NCBI RefSeq assembly: GCF_000143415.4
Contig: NW_003314263.1
Span: 932,165 to 996,164, forward strand
Reading direction: 5' to 3'
DNA: 64,000 bases
Origin: Selaginella moellendorffii
Lineage: Eukaryota > Plantae > Lycopodiophyta
The translations under genes and the position numbers were made by a program. The notes beneath the pieces were generated by a model. That model was given only the letters and a program-made list of their open reading frames with translations, was not told the origin of the DNA and searched no databases. This document shows positions 45,216-57,390 of the stretch, in pieces (the stretch's first letter is position 1; each line of letters begins with the position of its first letter).

Positions 45216-48200
45216 ATGGCCCGGGTGAGCGCGCGAGACAGGAACATTTTCGGCCTCGTCGATGGCCGCAGCATCGATTCGCAGGAGGTATGGATGAGGT
45301 CTGGGGTAGGAATCGGCGCTCGAGCAGCGATATTTCGTGATTTGCTCGCGCGATCGGTGACTTCTAGCTGGATTAGGTTCTTTGGTGATAAATTTTTCTC
45401 GTTTTTGGCTCTTCCCAGGTGCCGTATCCATACCAGGAGCACAATCCAATGCGAGCGCTCCAAATGCATCCAGCTCTTTTAGCTCGCTTGCATCGCGAAA
45501 AGGCCCTCGAGGTGATAGTAGATGGAAGATAGTTTGCAGGAGTTTAAAGATTTTTGTTCTTCACAGGGTCACAATGGATGTGTGAATTCTTTGGCGTGGA
45601 ACACAACTGGTTCCCTGTTACTCTCGGGCTCTGATGACACAAGGGTACAGTCTTTCATTCTTTCTTCCTTTTGCTTTCTTCTGTTTTTGACCGACTTATT
45701 CTTAGGTGAATGTTTGGGACTATAACACACGGAAGCTCCTACAAAGTGTTGATTCCGGTCACATCGCCAACATTTTTTGCACAAAGTTCTTACCGGCTAG
45801 CGGGGACGACATTGTTGTGTCTGGAGCCGGTGATTCGGAGGTGAGAAAAATGAATCTTTGTTGTTTGCTTTTAACTTCAACTAGATTCTGGGTGCCTAGG
45901 TGAGGATACACAGACGGAGTCGTGTGGCTGCTACTGGAAGCAGTGAGCCATTTGGACTCTTCCGTTGTCATTCCAAGCGCGTGAAGAAACTGGCTGTAAG
46001 CTATTTTTGGTGGCAGCAAGCGGTTTGATGTTGTCCGAAAGTGCAGGTTGAAGAAGGAAATCCACACTTAATCTGGAGTGCCAGTGAAGATGGTACTCTT
46101 AGGCAACACGACTTACGCCAGTCCGTGACGTGCGGAGCGGAGCAGGAATGCCGTAATATTCTCGTAAGTTGTTCTTGCATCGAAAGCTTCGCATCTGAAG
46201 CGTTTTCATGTTTAGCTCGATTTAAGAAATGGAGCGAAAAAAACCCTGTCTGATCCTCCCAAAGGATCTTTTGCTCTGAAGTCATGCTCTATAAATCCGA
46301 CCCGTCCGCATCAAATTCTCATTGGTGGCAGGTACTTGTTGACATTCTGGGTGATTGTATCTCACATTTGTTTTTTTTTTTACTCCAGCGATTCATTTGC
46401 CCGTCTGTACGATAGAAGGATGCTTCCGCCACTGACTCCATCTGGCCAGCAATCTAAACCACCAGCTTGCGTTTGCTATTACTGTCCAATGCATCTTTCT
46501 GATGTGAGTACTGAAAGCCTTGCGATGCACATATTTGTAAACCTCCTTTTTTCATGCAGCGTGCCAGTTTGCACCTTACACATGTTACGTTCAGCCCTGA
46601 TGGCGGCGAGGTACTTTTGAGCTACAGCGGAGAACACGTCTACTTGTTAGATGCGTACAATGGTATGCAACTATTTACGAAGGGTGGCGTAGTGTTTTGG
46701 TGTTTCTTTTGCAGGGAATGATGCTACCGTTGTCTATGCTGCCGGTGATGTTCCGAGAAGGACTGCCTTAGTCCCTATCGTGAATGGTCAACAGTATAAA
46801 GTACCCTCAACACAAGAAGTGCCTTCAGGCAATAAAAGAGTTCTTCTTCGGGTTAAAGCATTCCTTTTATCTTCCTTTCTGGCACTGATTCCGGCATCAC
46901 CGTTGTAGGAATGCAAGGAGCTCTTGGAAGAGGCACGGAGAGCCTTAGAAGAAGGAAATTCATTCTGTGCGATTGAAACGACAAGTGAAGTTCTTGAAAC
47001 TAGTGGAGTTGTCCTGGAACCACAGCTTCGGCATGATTTGCTGTGCCTTCGCGCCGGAGCTTTTGTGAAGGTATAAGTTTTCTCACTGTTTGATGATCGA
47101 GATTGAATCGTGGTTTCAGAGAGGATGGAAAAACGACATGCATATGGCTGTTCGCGATAGCAATGCAGCTCGACTTATTGATCCCATGTCAGTAGTGGCT
47201 CATCACAGAATGGCCGAGGCACTTTCTCAGGTTCGAAAATACTGAGCCTCGCTTTCCAAACTTATGATTCGGGACTATTAGTTAGGGAGACATAAGGAAG
47301 CGTGGGAGTTCGCAACGAGAGCTCACCATCTCGATCCTGAAGATGGTACTCTTTCCGATCATGTGACGCAGCTGCATTCGAAGCTTGTTGCTGGTAAGAC
47401 ACTTCTAAATGCTCGGTTCTCATGGTTTCGATTCATTTGTTTTATTTTAGCCGAGCAAGCTCGGAACGTCTGGAATAACGAAGAAACAAAACCGGAGAGA
47501 CGCCCTTCAAGGATTCAATCCTTGAGAGAATTTTTATTTAGACAGGAACAAGATCACAGTGATTCTTCAGAGGAAAGCAGGAGAGCAGAAAGATATGACT
47601 CTGATCTTGAAGAAGAGGACATGGAGATGGAGATCGAGATGTCCGTCACTGAGGACAACGATCGAGACCGAGAAAGCGGAGCCCCTAGTAGTTTGAACTT
47701 AAGAGTTCGAAGAAAATGTGATGGTGGTCGAGAGAAGCAGGCAAATACGGTAGCTTCAGGAGCACCAGAACTACAAGTAAGTAAATCTAGTTCTTTTTGA
47801 GATTGTGACAAGCTTTTACTTTTCATTTTCCGGAAGACGGACATTGCTATGGACATGCGGCAGCGATACGTGGGGCATTGCAACACCGGAACAGACATCA
47901 AGCAGGCGAGCTTTCTCGGAGAAAGAGGTTCGAAGGTTTTTCTGGGATCTGACTAGTTCTCAAAACTTGATTGCCAGGGAAATTCGTTGCGAGCGGTAGT
48001 GACGATGGCCTGTGGTTTATCTGGGAGAAAGAAACTGGAAGATTTGTAACGATGCTAGCCGGAGACGATAGCGGTCGGTTTGTGAAGCTTTTCGTCTTTT
48101 TCTTTCGGTTAGTTATCACATGTAGTTTTGGATGCAGTTGTAAATTGTATACAGTGCCATCCTCATGATTGCTTGGTGGCAACGAGCGGAATTGACAACA

Positions 48201-48918
48201 CTATTAAGGTGGCTTTGTTCTCCTTTTCATTTGAGAGCCAACTGAATGAGTTTTTATGCAGCTCTGGTCACCCAGTTCTAATACTGAAGCTCGGCGTGCC
48301 AAAGGAGCCGACTCTGACGCTCTTCGCATCATGGCCGACAACCAACAACAGATGCGCCGCCATCGTGAGATTGGATTGTAAGTCCCTGGCTCTCTCCATT
48401 CTTTAGCGATTTGCTTTCTTGTGTGTTTTTTCGTCCTTGGGCCCAACTTAACTTTGGTTCCAGCTCACTCGTTTCATGCATTACTAACAAGAACTGAGTG
48501 CCTCGGTCGTTTGTTTCGCTCCTCGCTGTTTTTTTCTTAACATTTTTGGATCGATTGGCTTGAACAGCTTGCTGATTACTCAATGGTGGAGTGCCAGGCG
48601 GTTCGAATTTATGCCAGAGAATGGACACCTCGGTGGTGCTGAAACCGGATCTAATCCCCCGACTGAGTGCTGGGATTCATTCCATCCTTGCCTCTCTTTT
48701 TTTTTCTTGTTCTTGTCCTCTGGCTATGGTGGTCTTCTCGTCGTTTTGGTTTCTTCCTTTCTTTTTGTTTCATCGATGTCCTTAACGTTCTTTCATTGTG
48801 TACTAACTCGTGCTTGTGTGGTGTATTTGTCTTCTTTTGGAACAGGCCAATAGAACTTCTCCAGCGGATTAGGGGAGTAGAAGCCGCTGTTCATCCGTTC
48901 GAGTGTACACAAAGCTAG
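45216..48918 (+). CDS. ASG2: WD40 + TPR DCAF protein (ASG2/WDTC1 ortholog) ending in CaaX box CTQS; multi-exon
   Basis: Motifs LEGHNGCVNSLAWN, GHIANIFCTKF, ARLYDRR (DWD), a TPR segment, YVGHCNTGTDIKQASF, ATSGIDNTIK and HPFECTQS*. Confidence 0.9.
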
Positions 48919-49447
48919 GACAAGAAAGAGCTAGAGGTTTGTTTGATTGATCTTTCTTCTTACCTTGGTTTTCTCTCCTCCAAGTTTTCTAGTTCTTTCT
49001 CAGCAACAGTGCTTGCAGCTAGGCAAAAAACGAGATTTGTAAATAAACGGGCAAGTTAAAATGGCGCGAGTTTTTTCCCCCTGGAATGGAAACAAATCAT
49101 TCCCAAATAGAAAGGATGGATGTGAATGAATGGACGGCTGGGATGGATGGGTGTGATGGATGTGTATGGGGATGTGGAGCCGCATGCATGGCTGACGTCA
49201 TCAACTTAGGGCACACGTATGTATGCCGCCTCGTGGGAGGCATGGCACATGCGATGGTCACATGGCCATGGAATTTGCGCCATGATCCATCCCATGCCCA
49301 TGGATGAATGGATGGATACATTCATAACGAGCTTCTTTCTCTCTCTCTCTCGCGAGGAGCGTTTGAAAAAATAGTATCGTGGGCGCCTTCTCTTCTCTAG
49401 GTCTTGGCGAATCCGAGTGCTGAGAGAATTACCTCGCCGCGCGCCCC

Positions 49448-50649
49448 ATGGATTTAGGATCGCGGCAGCATTTCCAGACGCAGCCGCCAGCGTCGTCGTC
49501 GTCGCCACCGCCACAGCCGCCACCAGCGGAGGAGCAGCAGCACCATGGATTGGTGGACATGGAATCGATCTGGACGGAGGATTCAGCTGCCATGGCTGCT
49601 GCTGCTGCCGATGCCGCGGGCGTCGTCGTCGACGATGCGTTCCAGATGCCTCATTTCCTGCTCCCTCCTCCCAATCTTCCTCACAATTTTGCGCAAAGCT
49701 GCCTCGCCAATCCCGCGCAGGTGATGACCGAGGAGCAGCTTGAGACGCTGCGGCGCCAGATTTCGGTCTACGCCACGATCTGCCAGCAGCTCGTGGAGAT
49801 GCACAAGGCAACGATCTCACACCAGCACACATACAATGGTAAGAACTCTCTCCTTTCTCTCTTCCCTCTCGATCATATTCTTTCTCGGTCGCGGAAATCT
49901 CGCTAGATAATTTGAAACATTCGCCGCGTGTGCTCCTGATCAGGCTTGCTTCTCGGCCACCAATCTCCTGCCATCCAGGACTCGTCTCCAATGCTCCTGG
50001 GAATCCACCACAAGCCAACGTCGCGGCAAAGATGGACACCATCGCAGAACCAGCTGAGGATCCTCGAGAGGCTCTTCAAGCAGGGCAATGGGACGCCAAA
50101 CCGGCAAAGGATCAAGGAGATCACGAGCGAGCTGAGCCAGCACGGCCAAATCTCCGAGACCAACGTCTACAACTGGTTCCAGAACCGAAAGGCTCGAGCA
50201 AAGAGGAAGCAACGACACAACAATGCGACCCCCTCCACGACCACCACCTCCTCGCAGCACAAGGACGCCGAATCGGAAGTGGAGACCGATGGAGATCACT
50301 CGCCGGAAGAAAAGAGGAGCAAAGTAAGCTCGTCCACGCCGCAGCAGCAGCTCCAGATGGATCAAAGCAACACCACCACCGAAGCGATTGGTAAGTTTTC
50401 ATGGATCGTTTTTCTCGGTTCCCAGGCACTCTCTGATTGTTTTCGTTTGATTCTCCAGGAACTCGCTACGCGGTCGTCATGCTCAATGGAAAGGCCTGGA
50501 AAGTAAAACCAGGGAGAATCAACGTAAGGAGTAACTTTGGAGACAATGCCGTGCTGCTAGATCCGAGAGGTCATGTGGTGGCCACGAGCGAGCAAGGCTT
50601 GACTTTAGATCCTCTACAACCTGGTGGAAGCTACACGGTTGCTGTGTGA
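49448..50649 (+). CDS. WOX13: WUSCHEL-related homeobox protein, WOX13 (ancient/T1) clade; 3 exons
   Basis: [28 protein letters not shown], then homeodomain [28 protein letters not shown]. Introns at 49839-49943 and 50391-50458. Confidence 0.93.
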
Positions 50650-51050
50650 ATAAATTACAACAAAGAACCATAAACAAGAGCATTGATGTTTGATCTCATG
50701 GCTTTGCCAACTTTTCACGTCTTGGGTGTTCTTCGACTTGCATTAACTTCGTGGTATTTAATGGAACAGCGCATGCAAGCAGAGTCTTCGCGGGATCCGA
50801 CAGCAAACGATCAAGTAAAGTCCAACTTCATGCTTACGTCTTAAGGTGTCCAAAATTCTCTTTGTTCTCGCAAGTCAAAGCTCTACTTTTCTTTAGTTCG
50901 TGTTCTGCCTGGTCCAGGTGTTCATAGATCTCCTCACTGGTTAAATTGATTTCCAATGTTTTGTCACTGGTGAGATCCTAGAGAGGAGGAACAAAAACCT
51001 CGCGGCTGACTGATTCTCAAAAATTTTAAAGCAAATCCACCGGTTTGCAT

Positions 51051-52693
51051 TTACAAACCAATGATTCTCTGGAATTTCTGTATCTGATTTAAGAATATCC
51101 AAGTCATCTGCAAGTAGCAAGGCCAATTAAACACTAGAAAAAAGAAGGAAACAAAGATTGTATCTGTACCATAACGTGAGGAGCAATCCGAATGCAGTAT
51201 GTCCCAAAGCCAGTGTAGAACTTCAAAGGCCCATAAGTTTTCAGCGTCTTGACAGCGCAGTCAACTGAGCCCGAGTACGGGTATTTGCCGTCCGGGCCGG
51301 GCTGCATCTTTTGGATTTGAGTCTTGACGTAATCGAAAGGGAGGCTGCAGGCCGACGCAAAGAAGCCCGACACAGCACTGGCACCTGCGAGACACACGAT
51401 ATGTCTTCGATTAGCTCACGAAGTTCAAAGAGAGAGCACCGCAGCAGACAAGCAAGGGGACAAGTATTTAAGCTTACCAGCTTGAAGAGCAAGAAAAACC
51501 AGCCACTCAAAGAGGAGGAGGAGCTCTCAAGTCTGAAGAGAGAAACGAGAAAGAACGAAACTGAAGCTTACACAGAACCACAAAAGCGAAAGAAAGTATA
51601 GATAGGAAGAAATGAGCTCATCGACGGAATACAAAGAAGGAACTTGTAGAAAGAGGAAACTTTGACGCAAAACTACAAAGAAAAAACTAGAGAGCTTACC
51701 AACAACAGTTTGGACCTCGGAGAAATTGAGCGTGTCCTTGAAGAACTCCACGGACTGATCGTAAGACGCCAGCATTCCCATGTTGAGAGCCATGGCACGA
51801 ACAACAGTCGGGCCAGCTCCCTTCCACAGTGCCAAAACTCCCTCGTCGTGAGCGATTCGAGAGAGAGCGTGCAGCGCATGCTGGTAATTCCTTCGCTGAT
51901 TTGGGGGCAGCACGGCATCGGCTTGCATGCGAATGAGTGCCAAGTCTGCGGGACTTCCAACGGAGGCACCGATCGCTCCCGCAGTGAGACCGCAAAAGGC
52001 CTTTTGGTAGAGCGGGAGCGGCTTTCCATCGTTGGCTTGAGTGGCTTTCGCGGTCAGCAGCCTTCACACGCAGAGAGCAAAGCCAAGTCTGAAGTCAAGG
52101 AGACAAATAAAATAGAGGTTTTAGAGTAAACAATTCTCGACTTGTACCTGAAAGATCCGAGACGAGCGGTGGTGTAAGTTGCTTGACGCAGCAATCCAGC
52201 AGTGAGACCCTGGAACAAAGAAAAGAAATAACAGTGGAGCTTCAGCCGAGAGAAAAACGTCTAAGGACTGCATGGAAGAAAATTAGAAGAAGGAAGGCTT
52301 CATAGAAGAAAGCATAGAACTTCAAACAATCGAGAGAAAAAATTCGATGACACTCCTCGAAATGAAAATGCCGGAGCTCGAGTGCAAGGATGGAAATCTG
52401 GAGTACCTTGTACAGAGAGAAGAATCCCTCGTTCTGGATCACTTGCTTGGCGACCTGGAACGCTCCTCCTTGCCCTAGCTGGATCCGGACCTGGCACACC
52501 GCAAAATCCAGTCGAATCGAAATATTTCGGGACGGATATGCGATCTGCGCACCTTGATCATGTCAATGGGCTGGATCACAACCGTAGCGCACATCCCCGC
52601 GGTGCCGCCATTCACGAAGGGCTTGATCACACTCCATACCGTCGGACACCTCTTCACCTTGTCGTCCACGGCCATGGTCGATGTCACGGCCAT
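51051..52693 (-). CDS. DTC: Mitochondrial dicarboxylate/tricarboxylate carrier; multi-exon
   Basis: Motifs KPFVNGG, QPIDMIKVRIQLG, LRQATYTTARLG, SPADLALIRMQAD, LPFDYVKTQIQKM and RIAPHVMMTWIFLNQIQK. Confidence 0.95.
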
Positions 52694-53027
52694 TCTTCGT
52701 CGAATGCGCCGGAGAATCGCCGCAACATGGACTAGCACAAGCGCGGCGCATTCCTCGTCGGCGCCCCCATTCCATGGGACGGTTTAAATTGCCCTAAAAA
52801 AATACCGTTAAACTGCTACGTGGCAAGAACGAGCCACTAGCTGCCTTCCACGTGTAAACCACAGCCAGTTATGTGGCAGCGTCTAGTTTTAGGGTTCCTC
52901 GGCGTCGTCCATGAAGGAACGCTCGGACGATGCGGCAGGGAAGATCGAGAATCGATCGCACAGCATGGTGATGGAATGGCAGAGCGCGGCGGTGGCCGGA
53001 TCGGGAGGAGGAGGGGGCGCATTGAAC

Positions 53028-53534
53028 ATGGGGAGGGCGGCAGCGCTCCAAAACTACAATCTGGAGCTGGTTCATCGTAGGTGAAATCGATGTTTTTTAT
53101 CGATGGTCTCTTGTTCTTCCTCTCCAGGGATCGAGGAGCTGAGGGAGAAGCGCGATGAGATCAAGAGGATAATGCAGCTGGAGGAGGAGGAGAAGGCGGT
53201 GATCCAGAAGGATCTGGCGGCTCTCAGCAAGCGCCTAGCGGAACTGGAGGATAGCCTCTCCCGGAAGTACGCCTACTCGAGCGAGTATGACAAGACTATC
53301 CGCGAGGTGGAATCCGCTTACGCGAAGGTATGTCACGCTCGATTCGAATTCGTCTCTCTTTCCTCGTCCTTCGAACAACTCCATACCGATCGATCAATCT
53401 CAATCACAAATCTCCATCGAACTTGATCACAAATTGTCCATATCTCGCAGATTTTGGAGAGCTCCAAGGCTCTACTTCACGTCCTCAAGACAGAGCCTAT
53501 GAATCCTTCCATGGATCTTCTCAAGAAGCCCTGA
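53028..53534 (+). CDS. SSNA1: SSNA1/NA14/DIP13 basal-body coiled-coil protein; 3 exons
   Basis: AALQNYNLELV..IEELREKRDE..EEEEK..EYDKTIREVESAYAKILESSKALLHVLK. Confidence 0.92.
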
Positions 53535-56500
53535 TTTGAGGTGGACTAGTAAAAAATTCAAATCTGCTTTGGCGCTATTTCTTGATCACCAAGTAATTTC
53601 GATTAGAAGCTCTGTAAGGATGTATACTTAACATTTTCTAAAGATGTTTGACTGTCCTTGATTAATTATTAAAGTAATTAATCTTAGCCCATATAAACTA
53701 CATAGGCATGTTTCATCGAGATGCGGTGGCACCTATGGACGTTATCAATGATTTGTTAGAGGTTTGGCTGATTGTTCGCAGGATGCGGGTTGCTCGGGTT
53801 TGGTATGGTAAGAAGACGGGGAAGACTACCGATGAGATTTGGAATGCTCTTAGGATGCAAACCGCACTCGAGTTGCCGGCTGACAGCATTGGGATCTCAT
53901 AACATATGAGCGTATCCTCACTAAGACTGGCAGTGCTCCAGCTATGACGAAGGCTTTTACTTATGATCCTCTCGAAAGTTGTTTGGCCCCAGAAGACCAG
54001 CTCAAAGTTGACGCATCTTGATAAAGCGGTTGTTACTGATTACCTGAGGTGTTTATTAGTGAAAGGCGAGGGAGGCTTTTCTTTTGGCCAGGCTTGGGAG
54101 CTACAACTGGTTCATGGCGTTTATGGCGATGGCGGAAGCAGTTGTTCTCCTGGAGCACAACACTAAAAACACAAAAAACAATAAAGGCTGAAACAAATAA
54201 GAGAGGATGCCAATCTTTAAATTGCCATATAATTTTTTTTTCTTTGCCTTTCCCAATCTAACTCGTCTATATAATTACCCTCAAAATAATAAAATTCTTT
54301 TTCATCTTAAATCTTTTTAGACACAGCTTATGGTAGTTTTTATTTACTGTAGAGTTTCTGATCCAAATCATACTCATCAAACATGACCTCCAAGTGGATT
54401 CCTTCTGCTTTTCATCCACATCGTCCAGAATCTTCAATGTCGTCAACATCCAAGCCTTACTTAGATCAATCGCCATCTCCCCAAATGGAATGGAGAGCAT
54501 TTCCTGTCGTCCATCATGAACACTCTCCACAACATTGTATCAATGGGTAACGTTTGATTGAAACTGGCACGAAGTCCAAGTCGTCAGACTGAGCTAGTGT
54601 TGCAATTCGTGGCTCCCAAGTCATTGTCTTGTAATCCAAGAAGGACCCGAGAAACGTTTTGGCAGCTCGTCTTCTATTCCATCACACATCTCCATCTCCC
54701 AGCCAAAATTCTTCTTGGGCAAACCATACAACACTCTCTCAGTATAATAATCATTGTCGTTGCTACTGAGGTTGCAGAGCATTGCATGCCACAGCTTGGA
54801 GATGCTATATCTGTAGGAAGTACAATACTTTCTTCTTTTAGCATGTTGATCTTGTTCTCAATGTATTATTAAGTTAAATGTTCCTTATTTTCCCCAAAAT
54901 TATATAGATTTTTTAGAGTGTGTATATCATAGAGAATTTTGTTTGTATGTTATTGATCATTTTTAATGTTAAGTAAGGATTAAATTACTTTGCAAAAGTT
55001 TAAAATTGATTATATTTCCTATATGATAATGAATTTTTGTTTTATTGTTGTTGTTAAAGAGGAGAGTTTTCAGAGTTTCTTTTTTATTTTCACATTGCAA
55101 GTGTTGAGTTTGATGTTAAGGAGGTTGAACTTCTGGAATATTTCATTTTGGTAGAAGTATTTTGTAATAAGTGGAGTCTTTTATAACATAAGTTCCTTTG
55201 TTATCCAAATATCTTTTGCTTTTTCAATTTTTGCCTTAATAGCTATTGAAAATTCCTTTTCCATGTTTTCTTCTTTTACATTGTTTTTTCATCAATTTTT
55301 TTTTTACTTTCTCCTTGTTCATATAATGCATGTGGTTTTTACCTTTTATCCTATGATGATTTACTATAGGATAACCATGAAGTAAAACCTAAACTCTTTG
55401 TGCCACATGTTATATACCATGTGTTATATGCTACATGTTTAAGAACAATAAAGTGAAACTTGAGTTTTAGGGCCTTGGGCCACTAAATGAAAGAATAAAA
55501 TTAAACTCCTAAGCTTGTAGCTAAAAAATGAAGGAATTAGAGTATGGAGCAACTCTTGAGTGTTCAACCCAAAGAGTGAAATGACAAAAACACAGAATGA
55601 TGTTAGAACAATTTTAGAGTTTCTACCATCCTAATGCTAAGACTAATATGCAAAATAAAACCAAACATAGTCTAATGTTATTTTAGCATATTAGTGGTTT
55701 CACACAAAGATATGGGTACTCTACCAACTAATATAGTATGGAACTTTGGCTTAGACTCAAATCAAATGTAGAACAAGGATAGTCACTTAAGCAGGAGTTA
55801 AATTAAACCTTGAGGAATGCATGCTTTGGGCTTTTACCCTTAGTGTCAGGAGTTAGTCTCTATGACAATTATGAAAATTATTAAATATGGAATGGCACTA
55901 GATTACAAACTTGAAAGCAACATTATTATGTTCAAGCAACACTATTATGTTCAAGAAAATTTCTACATCCAACTAGCAAATCTAAACACTTTCTATAAAT
56001 AGTCAGTAGGACCAAATAGAACTAACACAAGGAGCATGATAATGAAAGTGTTTTGGTAGATATAATAAACTATCATTTAATGAGTATTGAAAGACCAATC
56101 TCAATATCTTATCAAGCTAGTGTATGACAGAGCAAAAAAGAACTAACAAACCGAACTAAATATATTTAGCTAAATGGACATTTAGGAATTCCTTCCTTAT
56201 GCTTGTCCGACTAAGTACAGATGCTAAATCAAGTTTATTAACACTTGAACAAGAAGGACTAATAAAGGGTTCAACAATACTAACCTTGTGGCAAAAAGGA
56301 AAGAATATTTGAAAGGACTTACCATCAAGTAATTTTCAATATCTACAATCACATTCGTGATAGTTATTTAGATGCTTTAAATTCCTTTTTTTTTTTAAGG
56401 TAGAGGGCCATAGATAGGAATTCAGCTCTAAAAATGGAGTGAAAATATGTGATAATAGTATAAAGTCATGATAAATAACATCTATTTTAAGATGCCCCAA

Positions 56501-57225
56501 AAATGGAGTGAGGATGAGTGATAATGGTATACAACTAGGATTTTAGGGTGAGGACAAGTATAACAAGACCAATGAAATGTTTGGCCCAAACAAAATGAAG
56601 TTAAGTAAATATAATAGTGGAATGAAGTTGAATATAATAACACATATAGCAAGTTGAAACAAATTTAATGCTTTAAAATGAGATATTAAAGATATAAAGG
56701 ACAAATAAAATAAGCATGACTTCTTATATGTTATGTTAGATGATGATGAAGGTTCTTAGTCTGAGTTAATGCAAGTCTTTAAAGTTGCTTAGAAGGAAAA
56801 TGTAAAGATAGGGTTTATCATTTATTGCAGTGTGTTTAGTGGATTGCAAGTGGTTTAAGCATTCACTAATTGTTGACAAGGTTGTAGCCAGTTTATCAAG
56901 ATGTTATAAATGTTGATTGATGATTATGGTTTACAATAGAAACCATGGAAAAAATAGAACCAGAAACCATGGATAAGCATAAGTCAAAATATACAAAATC
57001 CTGATGAATAAGCTATAACTTCATATGATATTTAATTCTCAAACACTATTGTAAAACTACATAATATAGTTATTAAGATTATCCATATCAATTATGGACA
57101 GTACTAGAAATCATGAAATAGAATACATTACCTTTTTAGTATAAATAGTGTTGTGGCTTATAATGGCCTTAATATAGTGATACATTTTAAAATATAATAC
57201 AAAAAATAGTCTAAAAATTTAATAG

Positions 57226-57390
57226 TGTGAGTGCATAGAATATAGAAAGGGAATATAGAAAATGTGCATATCAATTAGCCCAAAAACCCTAGCTTATATA
57301 TAAGAGCAAGTAGTTTGTATTGAAACCAATTTGACGGCTACCAAAATCCCACTACACTAATATATCATAGCTGTACACTTAGACTTTACA
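57226..57390 (-). repeat. 3' LTR
   Basis: Direct repeat of 62448-62623. Confidence 0.9.

Noticed and set aside
45194-45247. MFLSRALTRAIAAASSP as the RPS5 presequence with a frameshift
   Set aside because: RPS5 has a clean start at 44998, and this stretch overlaps the antisense of ASG2 exon 1.
49100-49320. ATGG/CCAT-rich tract upstream of WOX13 as a miRNA hairpin
   Set aside because: Low-complexity pairing only and no known miRNA sequence recognised. The RY (CATGCATG) and TGACGTCA motifs are too short to support a call.
53700-54870. Coding-like decayed segments on both strands
   Set aside because: Multiple stops and no motif I can name; probably transposon debris.
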